From contig CAVZRV010000007.1 of the NCBI GenBank assembly GCA_963777605.1, positions 128,001-192,000 of the forward strand: a DNA stretch of 64,000 nucleotides. Direction: 5' to 3'. How positions within the stretch are numbered: the first letter of the stretch is position 1; every line of letters begins with the position of its first letter. This DNA is from an uncultured Acidobacteriota bacterium (GTDB taxonomy: Bacteria; Acidobacteriota; UBA6911; RPQK01; JAPXNP01). A program made the position numbers and the translations under genes. The notes beneath the pieces were generated by a model. It worked only from the letters and a program-made list of their open reading frames with translations, searched no databases and had not been told where the DNA came from. This document shows positions 52,672-62,715 of the stretch, piece by piece.

Positions 52672-53757
52672 ATGAAGATCGCCATCATCGGATTACCCCA
52701 AAGCGGAAAGACAACCGTCTTCAACGCCCTGACCGGAGGTTCTGCTGAAACCGGGAACTTTTCGAGCGGTAGACTCGAGCCCAACATCGCGTCCGTGAAA
52801 GTGCCGGATGAGCGCGTCTCAGCGCTGAGCCGCCTTTACAATCCGCGCAAGACTACCTTCGCGGAAGTTCAGTACGTCGACATCGGCGGACTGGAGGGAG
52901 CTGGTGAACGGAGGGATACCATTCCGCCCGAGGTCATGACCTACCTGGGGACGGCGGACGCCTTCCTCCATGTCGTTCGGAGCTTCGAAGATGACTCCGT
53001 TCCTCATCCGAAGGGCACCGTTGCTCCCGAGCGGGACCGGGTCGCCCTCGAACAGGAACTGCTCCTCTCGGACCAGGTCGTCGTCGAAAGACGACTGGAG
53101 CGGCTCGGCAAGGAGATCTCCAAGCTTCCGGCCAAGGATCGGGCGATCCGGGAGATGGAATACAAGGTACTGGACCGGTTCCGGGAAGGTCTCGAAGCGG
53201 AGCAGCCGATTCGAGACCTGGACCCACCCACGGCCCAGGAGGAGAAGCTGCTTCGGGGCTTCCAGTTCCTGACTGCCAAGCCGGTTCTCGTCGTTCACAA
53301 CGTCGGCGAGGATCAACTGGGGGACGAACAATCGGGCTCGACAGGGTCGGGGCCGGAAGCCTCGATCACACTGAGTGCCAAGATCGAAGCCGAACTGGCG
53401 CAGTTGAGTCCGGAAGACGCGGCCGAATTCATGGCTGATCTGGGGCTGGAGGAAGCAGCCCGGGATCGCGTCATCTCCGCCTCTTACCAATTGCTGGGAT
53501 TGATCAGCTTCATGACGGTCGGCGAGGACGAAGTCCGAGCCTGGACCATCCGCCAAGCCACCTGCGCGGCCGAGGCCGGAGGAGTGATCCATTCCGACAT
53601 TCAGCGGGGCTTCATCCGTGCTGAAGTCGTTCCCTGGAAAGACCTTCTCGACGCCGGCGGCATGGCCGGGGCCAAGAAGCAGGGCAAGGTCCGCCTGGAA
53701 GGGAAGGATTACCTGATCCAGGACGGCGACGTCAGCCACTTCCTTTTCAATGTCTGA
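52672..53757 (+). CDS. ychF: YchF ATPase (Obg family)
   Basis: GLPQSGKTT.FNALT, VPDER, VDIGG, LTAKP, EVRAW, AGGVIHSD..RGFIRAE, EGKDY..QDGD. Confidence 0.95.
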   Translation: MKIAIIGLPQSGKTTVFNALTGGSAETGNFSSGRLEPNIASVKVPDERVSALSRLYNPRKTTFAEVQYVDIGGLEGAGERRDTIPPEVMTYLGTADAFLHVVRSFEDDSVPHPKGTVAPERDRVALEQELLLSDQVVVERRLERLGKEISKLPAKDRAIREMEYKVLDRFREGLEAEQPIRDLDPPTAQEEKLLRGFQFLTAKPVLVVHNVGEDQLGDEQSGSTGSGPEASITLSAKIEAELAQLSPEDAAEFMADLGLEEAARDRVISASYQLLGLISFMTVGEDEVRAWTIRQATCAAEAGGVIHSDIQRGFIRAEVVPWKDLLDAGGMAGAKKQGKVRLEGKDYLIQDGDVSHFLFNV

Positions 53758-53765
53758 ATGGGGTT

Positions 53766-53823
53766 CCGGGGAGAGTAATCCAGGCATCCTTGCCTGGCGT
53801 GTCCGCCGGGCATCTTGCCCGGC
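53766..53823. repeat. REP-like element, family B
   Basis: CCGGGGAGAGTAATCCAGGCATCCTTGCCTGG..GGGCATCTTGCCCG aligns with the reverse complement of about 49638-49697. Confidence 0.7.
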
Positions 53824-54264
53824 TCAGCCCGACCGTCCACCATTTCAGCGATGAAACCGGAATTGACCCCTGACAGGTTCCACGTTCAATGTTCCAGGTT
53901 CAACGAGGTTTCTACTATTGAACGGCAAGCTTGATGTGTACATGGGCCGGGCCTGCACGGGCCGGTGACCTCCCTCGGCCCCAACTCCCCACGCTGCGAA
54001 ACCATAGCACTCCCGGACCCAGGAACCAGAAACCAGAAAACCCCCACCCCGCCACTTTCGGCCGGTTCCGACATCGTTTTCGCAATATTGCGCGATATTG
54101 CGTTTTATTTCGCTTTTCCGATTCGAGCGTTTCCCCCAGAATTTGAGGGCTAATGCCAAACCACGACGTCCTCCAACACGTTCTCGAATGGAAACTTGGT
54201 CACGATTGTGCGTCGGATCACCAAGCTGAACCGCGAGAATGCCGAAGTAGATAACTGAAAGCCT

Positions 54265-54972
54265 ATGCGCGCACGCGATCGGAGAAAACATCCACGGTAC
54301 GATTTCAATTTCGAAGCGACTGTCAATGAAACGAAGGGGGACAGCGAATTTCCGGCACGGTTTCAGAACTTTTCCCGGGGAGGAGCCTATTTCATTGGGA
54401 AGCAAGCCCTTTCAGCGGGAGACAATGTCGAGATCCGGATGGGAGACGGTCTGCTGATCACCGGAGAAGTGCTCCGTGTCGAGCAACTCTTCGACGATCA
54501 CTTTGGTTTTGCGGTCAAATTCACAACCACCGAAGACTCTTTCAACGGTTCCGATGAAAGTTTAGATCGGCCCAGTGATACCAACGGAGTTCTGGCAGAG
54601 CTCTTCCAGCTCGAATTGCGCACTCTGAACGAACGGGCTTTCGCATACTATCCCCGCCTCGAACGGGTCAGGGCCTACGTAGAGGACAACCTGACGGAGG
54701 AAATCACCCTGGAAGATGCTGCCAATGTCGCAGCCATGGAACGAACCTATTTCAGTTACTTCTTCCGGCAGAAATTGGGAGTTACCTTCAGTGCCTGGCT
54801 CCAGTACCTTCGGGTTTCACGCGCCCTGGTGCTGATTCGCTCGAGGGACCACTCAATCACTGAGGTCGCCTTTGCCGTCGGCTTCAACGAGCTCAGCACC
54901 TTTCAGAAAGCATTCAAGCGCTGGACCAGCCTGACCCCGAGAGATTTCAAGAAACTGGCTCGGCCGGCATAA
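54265..54972 (+). CDS. PilZ-AraC fusion transcriptional regulator, copy 1
   Basis: RKHPR (RxxxR) and NFSRGG (NxSxxG) PilZ motifs; C-terminal AraC double HTH ITEVAFAVGFNELSTFQKAFKRWTSLTPRDF. Confidence 0.9.
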   Translation: MRARDRRKHPRYDFNFEATVNETKGDSEFPARFQNFSRGGAYFIGKQALSAGDNVEIRMGDGLLITGEVLRVEQLFDDHFGFAVKFTTTEDSFNGSDESLDRPSDTNGVLAELFQLELRTLNERAFAYYPRLERVRAYVEDNLTEEITLEDAANVAAMERTYFSYFFRQKLGVTFSAWLQYLRVSRALVLIRSRDHSITEVAFAVGFNELSTFQKAFKRWTSLTPRDFKKLARPA

Positions 54973-55047
54973 AAGGCAATCGGACATTCTGTATTCGAGC
55001 CAGAATTAATGACTTGTCATGAGTTTGCCGATCTAATCAGTAACACC

Positions 55048-55737
55048 ATGTCACGCGACAGCCGCAAGTATCCAAGACAGGAGGTCGATCTCAGAGCAAC
55101 GCTCTCGAACAGGAAAGAGCCCTCTGATGACTACGTCAACCTTCGCAACATCAGCCGGGCAGGTGCCTACTTCATCACCGGCCAGAATCTTCGGAAAGGT
55201 GAGGCTATCGAAATCAAGCTCGGCGATGGGCTCAAGGCCTCGGGCCACGTCGTCCGACTGACTCCGCTGTTTGGCGACCGATTTGGAGTTGCGGTCAAGT
55301 TCGAGTCTGTGTCAGAGAATGGCAACGGAGACTTCGAGATCGGCAACTCCGATGCGGTCGGCGAAATATACCAACTCGAACTCAAGGAGTGCAGGGGGGA
55401 GGCCTTCGAGTACTATCCTCGCCTGAAAAGGGTCCAGGACTACGTCATGGCCAATTTCGAGGAGACGATTACCTTGGCCCAGGCGGCGGAAGTCGCCACG
55501 ATGGAGAAGACCTACTTCAGCTTTTTCTTCCACGAAAAGGTCGGCGTAACATTTCGGGATTGGCTCCAGTATCTCCGAATCACCCGCGCCCTCGAGATGA
55601 TGGCCGAACAGGATCACTCCATTACCGAGGTTGCCTTCGCCGTCGGGTTCAACGAACTCAGCACTTTTCAAAAGGCATTCAAACGCTGGACCAGTCTCAC
55701 CCCCCGCGACTTCAAACGCCTGGCCCGCCCGGCGTGA
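55048..55737 (+). CDS. PilZ-AraC fusion transcriptional regulator, copy 2
   Basis: RKYPR, NISRAG; same AraC HTH; start placed by alignment with the paralogs. Confidence 0.9.
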   Translation: MSRDSRKYPRQEVDLRATLSNRKEPSDDYVNLRNISRAGAYFITGQNLRKGEAIEIKLGDGLKASGHVVRLTPLFGDRFGVAVKFESVSENGNGDFEIGNSDAVGEIYQLELKECRGEAFEYYPRLKRVQDYVMANFEETITLAQAAEVATMEKTYFSFFFHEKVGVTFRDWLQYLRITRALEMMAEQDHSITEVAFAVGFNELSTFQKAFKRWTSLTPRDFKRLARPA

Positions 55738-56024
55738 CCCTCTACTCGGCCGGCCTCCCCTGACAGGACTGAACATTGCTCTCCAATTCGGGAATTTCAT
55801 CCGGATGCGTTCTCCGGCCCACGGTCAACTCCTACACCTTTAGGCGCCCGAAGCCGTAAAACCTCTTGCAATCTCACCTGTAACCACTTCACAATAGCTG
55901 CAACGTTGGAGGGTGGTGAACCAGTCATCTCGTGTTACTGAGGTGGTTCATATAACTTCTGCTGCCTGTTCGCGATGCGGCGGAGCACTCTTGCCAATGG
56001 TTCACGACTGAGGTTATCGGGCGT

Positions 56025-56711
56025 ATGGGGGACGAGAAACGCAGGGCGGTTCGGTTCGATGTCAGCCTGCCCGCCTGTATCGAAGATATCGATACGGGCA
56101 AGCAAACCGCAATCCGGTTCCAGAATCTGAGCAAGACAGGAGCCTACTTCCTGACTGAATTCCGCATCATCGCGGGCGACTGGGTCGTTATTCAGTTGGG
56201 CGATGGGCTGGTCGTCACGGCCCAGGTTGTCCGCTCGGAAGAACTTTTTCCCGATCAGTTTGGTGTCTCGATCCAATTCGCCCAGAACAACGGCAGGAAC
56301 GAAGTTGGCGACTTTGATGGATCCCATCTCCTGGGGGACATCTACCAGCTTGAACTCCGCGAGATCAACGAGGAAGCGTTCAGCTACTACCCCCGACTGA
56401 AGCGGGTCCGCGATTTTGTGGAATCGCGGTACGGCGAGTCGATCTCCCTCGAAGAAATTTCGGGCGTCGCCGCCATGGAGAAGACCTATTTCAGTTACTT
56501 CTTCCACCAGAAGATCGGCGTCACGTTTTGCGTCTGGCTTCAATACGTCCGGATCAAGAAGGCCCTGGAACTCATCAAAGCAAGGGATCGAACCATCACC
56601 GAAGTCGCCTTCGAGGTCGGCTTCAACGAAATCAGCACCTTCCAGAAAGCCTTCAAACGCTGGACCAGCCTGACCCCAAGAGACTTCAAGAAAATCACCC
56701 GCCCGTCGTAG
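56025..56711 (+). CDS. PilZ-AraC fusion transcriptional regulator, copy 3
   Basis: RRAVR, NLSKTG; AraC HTH ITEVAFEVGFNEISTFQKAFKRWTSLTPRDF. Confidence 0.9.
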   Translation: MGDEKRRAVRFDVSLPACIEDIDTGKQTAIRFQNLSKTGAYFLTEFRIIAGDWVVIQLGDGLVVTAQVVRSEELFPDQFGVSIQFAQNNGRNEVGDFDGSHLLGDIYQLELREINEEAFSYYPRLKRVRDFVESRYGESISLEEISGVAAMEKTYFSYFFHQKIGVTFCVWLQYVRIKKALELIKARDRTITEVAFEVGFNEISTFQKAFKRWTSLTPRDFKKITRPS

Positions 56712-56883
56712 GATACCGTAGGACAACCTTCCAGGTTGTCGCGTAAACGGAGCCGCCGGCCCCGGCATAGTGCGGGGCTGACCACTGTTTCGGGTGTTGA
56801 TGGTCGGAGTTGACGGTCACTTTGCCAGGACTGACAACTACGATCCCGAGACAACCTGGAAGGTTGTCCTACGGTGTGCTACG
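56707..56883. repeat. REPIN-like unit 1 (inverted pair of GTAG-type REPs, family A)
   Basis: GTAG-GACAACC-TTCCA-GGTTGTC at 56718-56740, exact inverted copy at 56850-56872. Confidence 0.88.
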
Positions 56884-57511
56884 AGACAAGGCCGATTCCG
56901 GTCACCAGCGTGAACTCACCTTCGTGCAGCCCCGCGTTTACTGGATTGCCCCTGATGTACTGCCTTACTCGTTCAAGTTCCGCCCAGTCCCGGACAATTC
57001 GATCGAAGCTCTCGTGAAACCAGAACAGCCCACTCTGTCCCAATAGTTCGTTGACCCGTAATGCGGTGAACGACTTCCAGCTATGGAGAATCTCCTTCAA
57101 TCGCCATCCTTTGATCGGTTTGAAAAGCGTGTGAACGTGATTCGGCATGACCACCGACTCATCCAAAGAGTACCGAATTCCGTCGAAGTAGAGCAGCGCC
57201 TCTTCCACAACCTGCGAGCTTTCACGCCACCGAAGCGGACAGGCGCCCTCCTGCTGGTCAAGCCATCCATCGAGCTTGTGGAACATGAGTCGGCAATAGT
57301 CATCATAGTCACCGTCGCTCCAAGGTGGAGGATGGAAACGACGCCAGAGCTCACGCTCCTTCTCAAGGGATTCCAGACGCTCGACAGGCAGCGAATCCGC
57401 CGTCCGAAACGTCACGAAGTACGTGGCACCATCCTGTTCCCAGTGAGGAAGGTGGCGATACGACGTTCGAACCGGTTCCTCCGGATCGAACGGCCTGAAC
57501 TGGTTCTCCAT
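56879..57511 (-). mobile_element. REP-associated tyrosine transposase (RAYT, HUH/Y1)
   Basis: LPHW, YFVTFR..DS, VMPNHVHTL (HUH), WKSFTA, FW..ESFDRIVRD, YIRGNP; flanked on both sides by REPs. Confidence 0.92.
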
Positions 57512-57554
57512 ACCATCAATAACGTCGAACCAGCAAAATCCACGGAAAATAAAC

Positions 57555-57690
57555 GTAGGACAACCTTCCAGGTTGTCGCGTGGGCATGGCACAACCCACG
57601 TCGATCCAGGCATACCAGAATCGCGGGTTGACGGTCACTTTGCCAGGACTGGCAACTGCGATCCCGAGACAACCTGGAAGGTTGTCCTAC
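57555..57690. repeat. REPIN-like unit 2 (family A)
   Basis: Same 23-mer at 57555-57577 and inverted at 57668-57690; the last ~63 bp nearly identical to 56810-56872. Confidence 0.88.
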
Positions 57691-59505
57691 CTTGCTGCAA
57701 GATTGATTTGTCGTCGGCGAGAGACAGGCGGAGTCGGTTCTCTTCGGCCACCTCGGAAGGCCAGTGCCAACAGCAGCAGGCAAAAGAGGCCGTACAGTTG
57801 AAGGAACCGGGGGAAGTAGACGACCAACCACCCGGGCACTCCGGACGTGGGCACGGGAGCTCCCGAGCGAGGGCTCACCACATAACCGGCAAACGATGGA
57901 TCGTCCTCAGCCGGTACAGCTTCCGAAACCATCACAGGGGTATCCGCCTTTTCAGCGAGTTCTGGTTTGGAAGGCGCAGGACTCGCTTCGACGGCCTCGG
58001 CCCCATTATCGGTGACCCAAAACCGCAGCACCGATGCCGCAGCAGGCGTCCTCGAGACAGGAACCTCCACCGATTCAGGAGACTGACCTCGCGGTTCACC
58101 AGGCTCATTCACAGGGGTCCGGCTGACATCAATACGCCCCTTCCGATCGATCGTAACCACCCGGACATCTTCGGAGCCAGCCTCAACCGCAGACCGCCGC
58201 GCGAGTCGGACAAGGTCGCTCGCACCAGTCTGACCAGCCTTGTCCTGGATTTCGCCCCCACCCTGACGACTCTCTGCTCCGATCACGGCCACGGGAGCAA
58301 TCGCCTCGAACCGAGGCTCCGCCACCGGCATGCTTAGACCGTTCGCCAATTGTGAAGTCGTTGAGGAAATTCAAGAGCCGGTTCACTATCCAGCGCCAAC
58401 TCGATTGAGGAGTTAACTGCCCGGTCAGCTTCGCGTAGCCATCCGGCGATCTGACCAGGCTGGCCCGAACTTCCGTCTCGAGATCGACGGCAGCGCCCAA
58501 ACTGGGCGCGGGAGGAGGATTCGCATCCCGAGCCTTTTCCGCGGCCATCTGAACTGCCTCACCGAAGGGGCGCAAAAAGACTACGGCGGGGGGCGGCACG
58601 TGAGAATCGGCCTCGGACAAGCTCAACCGGGCCGGCGCGTTCTGCGGATCCAGTTGGAGCGCGACCAGAAAGGCCCGCTGAGCATCAGGCCAGCGCCGCT
58701 CGCCGGAATAGAGGTCGCCGATGCGGTTCCACGCTTCAGAGGGCGGCATCAATCGCTCAAGTTCTTCGAGAGCCCGGTTTTCGTCGCCTGATAGAAGCGT
58801 AGCGATCGCAAATGCCTCACGGGCATCTCGATTTTCAGGCTCAACCTCCAGTACCCGCTCCAGCACTCCTTGAGCCTGGCCATAATCGCGCAATCGGTTC
58901 AACGTAAAACCCAGTCGTGTCATGATGCGGACATTACCAGGGTGGCGATGAAGGGCCCCGAACAGCACGTCGCGGGCCTCTGCGTCATTTCCCGCCTCCG
59001 AATAGGCTTCAGCCAGGAAAAGCCAGTAATTCGCCACCCCTGGATCCAGTTCGAGCGCCGCCTGGATCTGCTCGACGGCCTTGAAGCTGTTCCCCAACTC
59101 GAGCCAGGTCTGTGCCAACCCGTAATGCGCTGAAGCAGAGTCAGGAATTTCCTCGAGAACCGCCTCGAATTCAGCCGCCGCCGGCCACAACAAGCCCGTC
59201 TCCCTTAACCGGTTTGCACGAGCAAGTCTTTGGCCAACAGAAGCGTTTTCGGCATTCAACGGAAAAGGGGCGTTCAGGTCAGGACCGGCAATCTCTCCAG
59301 CCCGCAGGTAGTTTTCAGCCGACGTCCGAAAGACCCCTCGAATCGAATCAGAGAGGTTCCCGGGCTTCGCCGGCCCATATACCTGCTTGCCGACCAACGG
59401 CTGGTGGACAGCGACCTGGCGTTGAGTACAGCCGAACAGGACGAGATTGGCACCGCAAGCTACGACCACGAGCCGTTTGCAGAGTGTCCCGCCACATCCG
59501 TTCAC
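57687..59505 (-). CDS. TPR lipoprotein at the end of the Tad locus (TadD-like), probable frameshift near 58345
   Basis: Lipobox LFGC and multiple TPRs in 58183-59505; overlapping ORF 57687-58349 continues with a low-complexity region and a C-terminal TM. Confidence 0.7.
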
Positions 59506-60434
59506 TGTCCTCCCCCCATCGCTCCCAGCAGATTCTTGTAAATCGCCAGGATCGCCGGACCCGCCAGGACCACGAGGATCGCCGGGAAAACAAAGAGAAT
59601 CAGCGGGAACACCATCTTGACCGCGAGCTTCGCCGCAATCTCTTCCGCCCGCTGTCTCCGCTTGATGCGGAGATCGTCGGCAAAGACCCGTAGGGTCTGC
59701 CCTACGCTGGTCCCGAACCGGTCGGCCTGGATGAGGACCGCGGCAAAGGATCTCAGTTCATCCACGCCGGTGCGGGCGGCCAGGTTTCTCAAGGCCTCGG
59801 CGCGGGTCCGGCCGGCGTTGACCTCGAGGCCGTACAGTCGCAACTCGTCGCCCAGGTCGGGGTGGGGCAGGCTGATCTCGCGGCCGACCCGCTGGATGGT
59901 CTGGTCGAGCCCCATTCCCGATTCGACACAGACCACCGACAGGTCCATGAAATCAGGGAGGCCCCACTCGATCCTCTGCTTACGCCCTCGAATTTTCCAG
60001 CTGAGCCAGAGCCCCGGCAATATCATCCCGATCACGATCGCCCCGAGAAGGCTCAACAGGAAGTAGGTCCAGAGAAGGCCGGTAACAGCGGCCAGCGCGA
60101 GGGCCGCGAGAGCAAGGAGCACCCTGCGCTCCCCAGAAGACGAAGACGGCATCCCGGTTCCGATAACCCGGCCTGAACGAGCTGTTTCTCCTCCTTGGAC
60201 AGGTCGTCGGGCGGCCTCGGGATCATCTGCCCGATGGGGCGTGCCACCGCCTTGAACCGCTCACCCACATCGGACCAATTCCAGCCGCCGACCCTTCTTT
60301 TCCTCCTCGGAGAGACGCCGCTCGAGGCGAAGCCGCGGCCGGATGAGGACGTAGAGCAGCGCGAAAAGACCTGCCGAGAAGAGCAGAAAAAGCAAGGCGA
60401 TCAACAATGCGGTCGGAACCGGTAATCCACTCAT
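59502..60434 (-). CDS. tadC: Tad pilus inner membrane protein TadC (T2SS F family), 5' frameshifts
   Basis: LPDFMDL.VVCVESG.GLDQ, IQADRFGTS, RRQRAEE.AAKL.VKMVFP; N-terminus MSGLPVP.. starts at 60434 (ATGA overlap) across several frames. Confidence 0.88.
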
Positions 60435-61400
60435 ACTTTCAAATTCACCAGGCGACGAATGACGAGATATCCCAAAATCTGGAGAACAGCGGCAACCTCC
60501 AGCATCCGGAGTGCCGTCCGGATCGGTGAACAGCCGTCCAATGTACCCGGGTTCAAAAAGTAGATCGCCACAACCAGAAACGGGGGCAGAGCAAGGAGGA
60601 CGTACATCGACATCTTGCCCTCCGCCGCGTAAATGCGGACCTGCTGCAGGAGCCGGAAGCGCTCGCGAACGATGGCCGCCAGTTTGTCCAGAACTTCGGC
60701 CAGGTTTCCGCCCGATTCACTCTGGATCTGCAGCGTGGAGACGAAAATCCTCACGTCAGGCAGGGGAACCCGGACGCTCAAGTTGTTGAGCGCATCTCTC
60801 AGGGGCAGGCCCAGGTTTTGCTGCTCGTAAGTCTTGCGAAACTCCTGGGCGATCGGATCGGGCATCTCGTCGGCGATCACGAGCAGGCCCGAGGTGAACG
60901 CATAGCCCGCGCGAACCGCTCTCGAAAGGATGTCCAGGGCGTCGGGCAACTGGCGCTCGAACTGGTTGAGCCTCCGGTATCGCTTGTACGCCAGGCGAAT
61001 TGACGGGATCGAGGCAAGCATCGCGATGAGCAGCAGGGCAATGACGATCGGCAACCCTGAGCAGAAGCGCAACCAGAAGCCCCGCGAGGGTCAGAATGAG
61101 GGAGACGGTCATCCAGTAGGCCGCACTCTTGCGGGTCCCGGACTGGGCCACGAAGAGCTGAAACCGCCGGGTCAGCAGAGTCTCGGAAACCAGCCGATTC
61201 AGGAAGGTCTGATCGGCCTGCTGAAACCCCTCGCTCGCCCCCTGCAACTCCGCCCCGCCCAATGCCCACTCGGGAAGGGATTCGAGGCGGCGACGGACCT
61301 CTTTGCGCCGGGAGGGCACGACTATAAGAATGTAGAGGAAGCTGGAGACCAGCAGAAGGAGGCAGACGAACAGAAGGATCAGGATCGTGGGCGTGCTCAT
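60431..61400 (-). CDS. tadB: Tad pilus inner membrane protein TadB, frameshift near 61060
   Basis: [39 protein letters not shown]; N-terminal part in ORF 60756-61400. Confidence 0.88.
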
Positions 61401-62701
61401 CCGATGACCTCGCGGTAGCCGTGCACGGCGAACATCTCGGCCGGAAGCTGAATGCCGGCAGCCTGGAGCTTCTCCGTGAACCGGGGCCGAACGCCGGTGG
61501 CCGTAAACTGGCCCCGAACGCGCCCCTTTTCGTCGAAGCCGGCCCGCTTGAAGACAAACAGCTCCTGCATCGTCACAACCGGCCCCTCCATCCCGGTAAT
61601 CTCGGAGATATTGGTGATCCGCCTGGACCCGTCGGAAAGCCGGCTGATCTGGATGACCAGTTCAATCGCCGAGGCGATCTGCTGGCGGATTGCCTTGTCG
61701 GGCAACTGGAGGGCCGCCATGGAAACCATCGTCTCGAGTCGCGCCAGGGCGTCACGGGGCGAATTGGAGTGGATCGTGGTCAGCGAACCCTCGTGGCCCG
61801 TGTTCATGGCCTGGAGCATGTCGAGGGCCTCGGAACCCCGAACCTCGCCGACGATGATCCGGTCGGGGCGCATCCGGAGTGCATTGATCACCAACTCGCG
61901 CTGGCGGACGGCGCCCTTTCCCTCCACGTTCGGGGGCCGGGTCTCGAGACGAACCACGTGCTCCTGGCGGAGTTGCAGTTCGGCGGCGTCCTCGATCGTG
62001 ACGATCCGCTCTTTGTTAGGGATCGACGCCGAAAGCACGTTCAAGAGTGTGGTCTTGCCAGCGCCGGTCCCACCCGAGATGAGGACGTTCAACTTGGCCT
62101 GGACCGACGCCTGGAGGAGCTCCAACATTGGAGCCGTCACCGTCTGGTTGTGAAGCAGATCGGAGGCCCGCAACGGATCGATGCCGAACCGCCGGATCGA
62201 GAGGACCGGCCCGTCCAAGGCCAGGGGCGGAATGATGGCGTTGACCCGGGAACCGTCGGGAAGCCGGGCATCGACCATGGGAGACGATTCGTCCACGCGC
62301 CGGCCGACGCGGGCCACGATCCGGTCGATGATCCGCTTCAGATGCTGGTCGTCGTTGAACTGGATCGCCGTCTTCTCGAGCAGGCCTCGCCGCTCGATGT
62401 AAACCGACCCGTAGCCGTTGACCAGGATGTCCGAGATCGACGGGTCGCCCAGGAGAGGCTCCAGCGGCCCCAGGCCGAAAAGCTCGTCGGTGATTTCCTT
62501 GGTGACCCGCTCGCGCTCCGACGAGGTCAGCGGCGCATTGTCCCGCTCCAGGGTCAGCCGAATGATCCGTCGGGTCTCCTGGAGTGCGGTCTCCCGCTTC
62601 ATCTTGTCGAGTTGTTCCAGGTCGATCTCCTCCACGACTCGATGGTGGAGTTCCTGCTTGATCCGCTGAATTTCCGATAATGCTGTTTGCTGCTCGCTCA
62701 A
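61397..62701 (-). CDS. tadA: Tad pilus ATPase TadA/CpaF
   Basis: [62 protein letters not shown]. Confidence 0.97.
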   Translation of the reverse strand: MSEQQTALSEIQRIKQELHHRVVEEIDLEQLDKMKRETALQETRRIIRLTLERDNAPLTSSERERVTKEITDELFGLGPLEPLLGDPSISDILVNGYGSVYIERRGLLEKTAIQFNDDQHLKRIIDRIVARVGRRVDESSPMVDARLPDGSRVNAIIPPLALDGPVLSIRRFGIDPLRASDLLHNQTVTAPMLELLQASVQAKLNVLISGGTGAGKTTLLNVLSASIPNKERIVTIEDAAELQLRQEHVVRLETRPPNVEGKGAVRQRELVINALRMRPDRIIVGEVRGSEALDMLQAMNTGHEGSLTTIHSNSPRDALARLETMVSMAALQLPDKAIRQQIASAIELVIQISRLSDGSRRITNISEITGMEGPVVTMQELFVFKRAGFDEKGRVRGQFTATGVRPRFTEKLQAAGIQLPAEMFAVHGYREVIG

Positions 62702-62715
62702 ATAAGCGTCCTCTC

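Noticed and set aside
54197-54212. Sigma-54 promoter TGGTCACGATTGTGCG before PilZ-AraC copy 1
   Set aside because: GG-N10-GC spacing fits, but the flanking consensus is poor; too weak to call.
54265-56711. PilZ-AraC triplet as an assembly duplication
   Set aside because: The copies differ extensively in the N-terminal half and at synonymous sites, and the spacers are unrelated.
56718-57690. 23-bp palindromic repeats as a CRISPR array
   Set aside because: Copies are inverted, irregularly spaced, start with GTAG and flank a RAYT; no cas genes are present.
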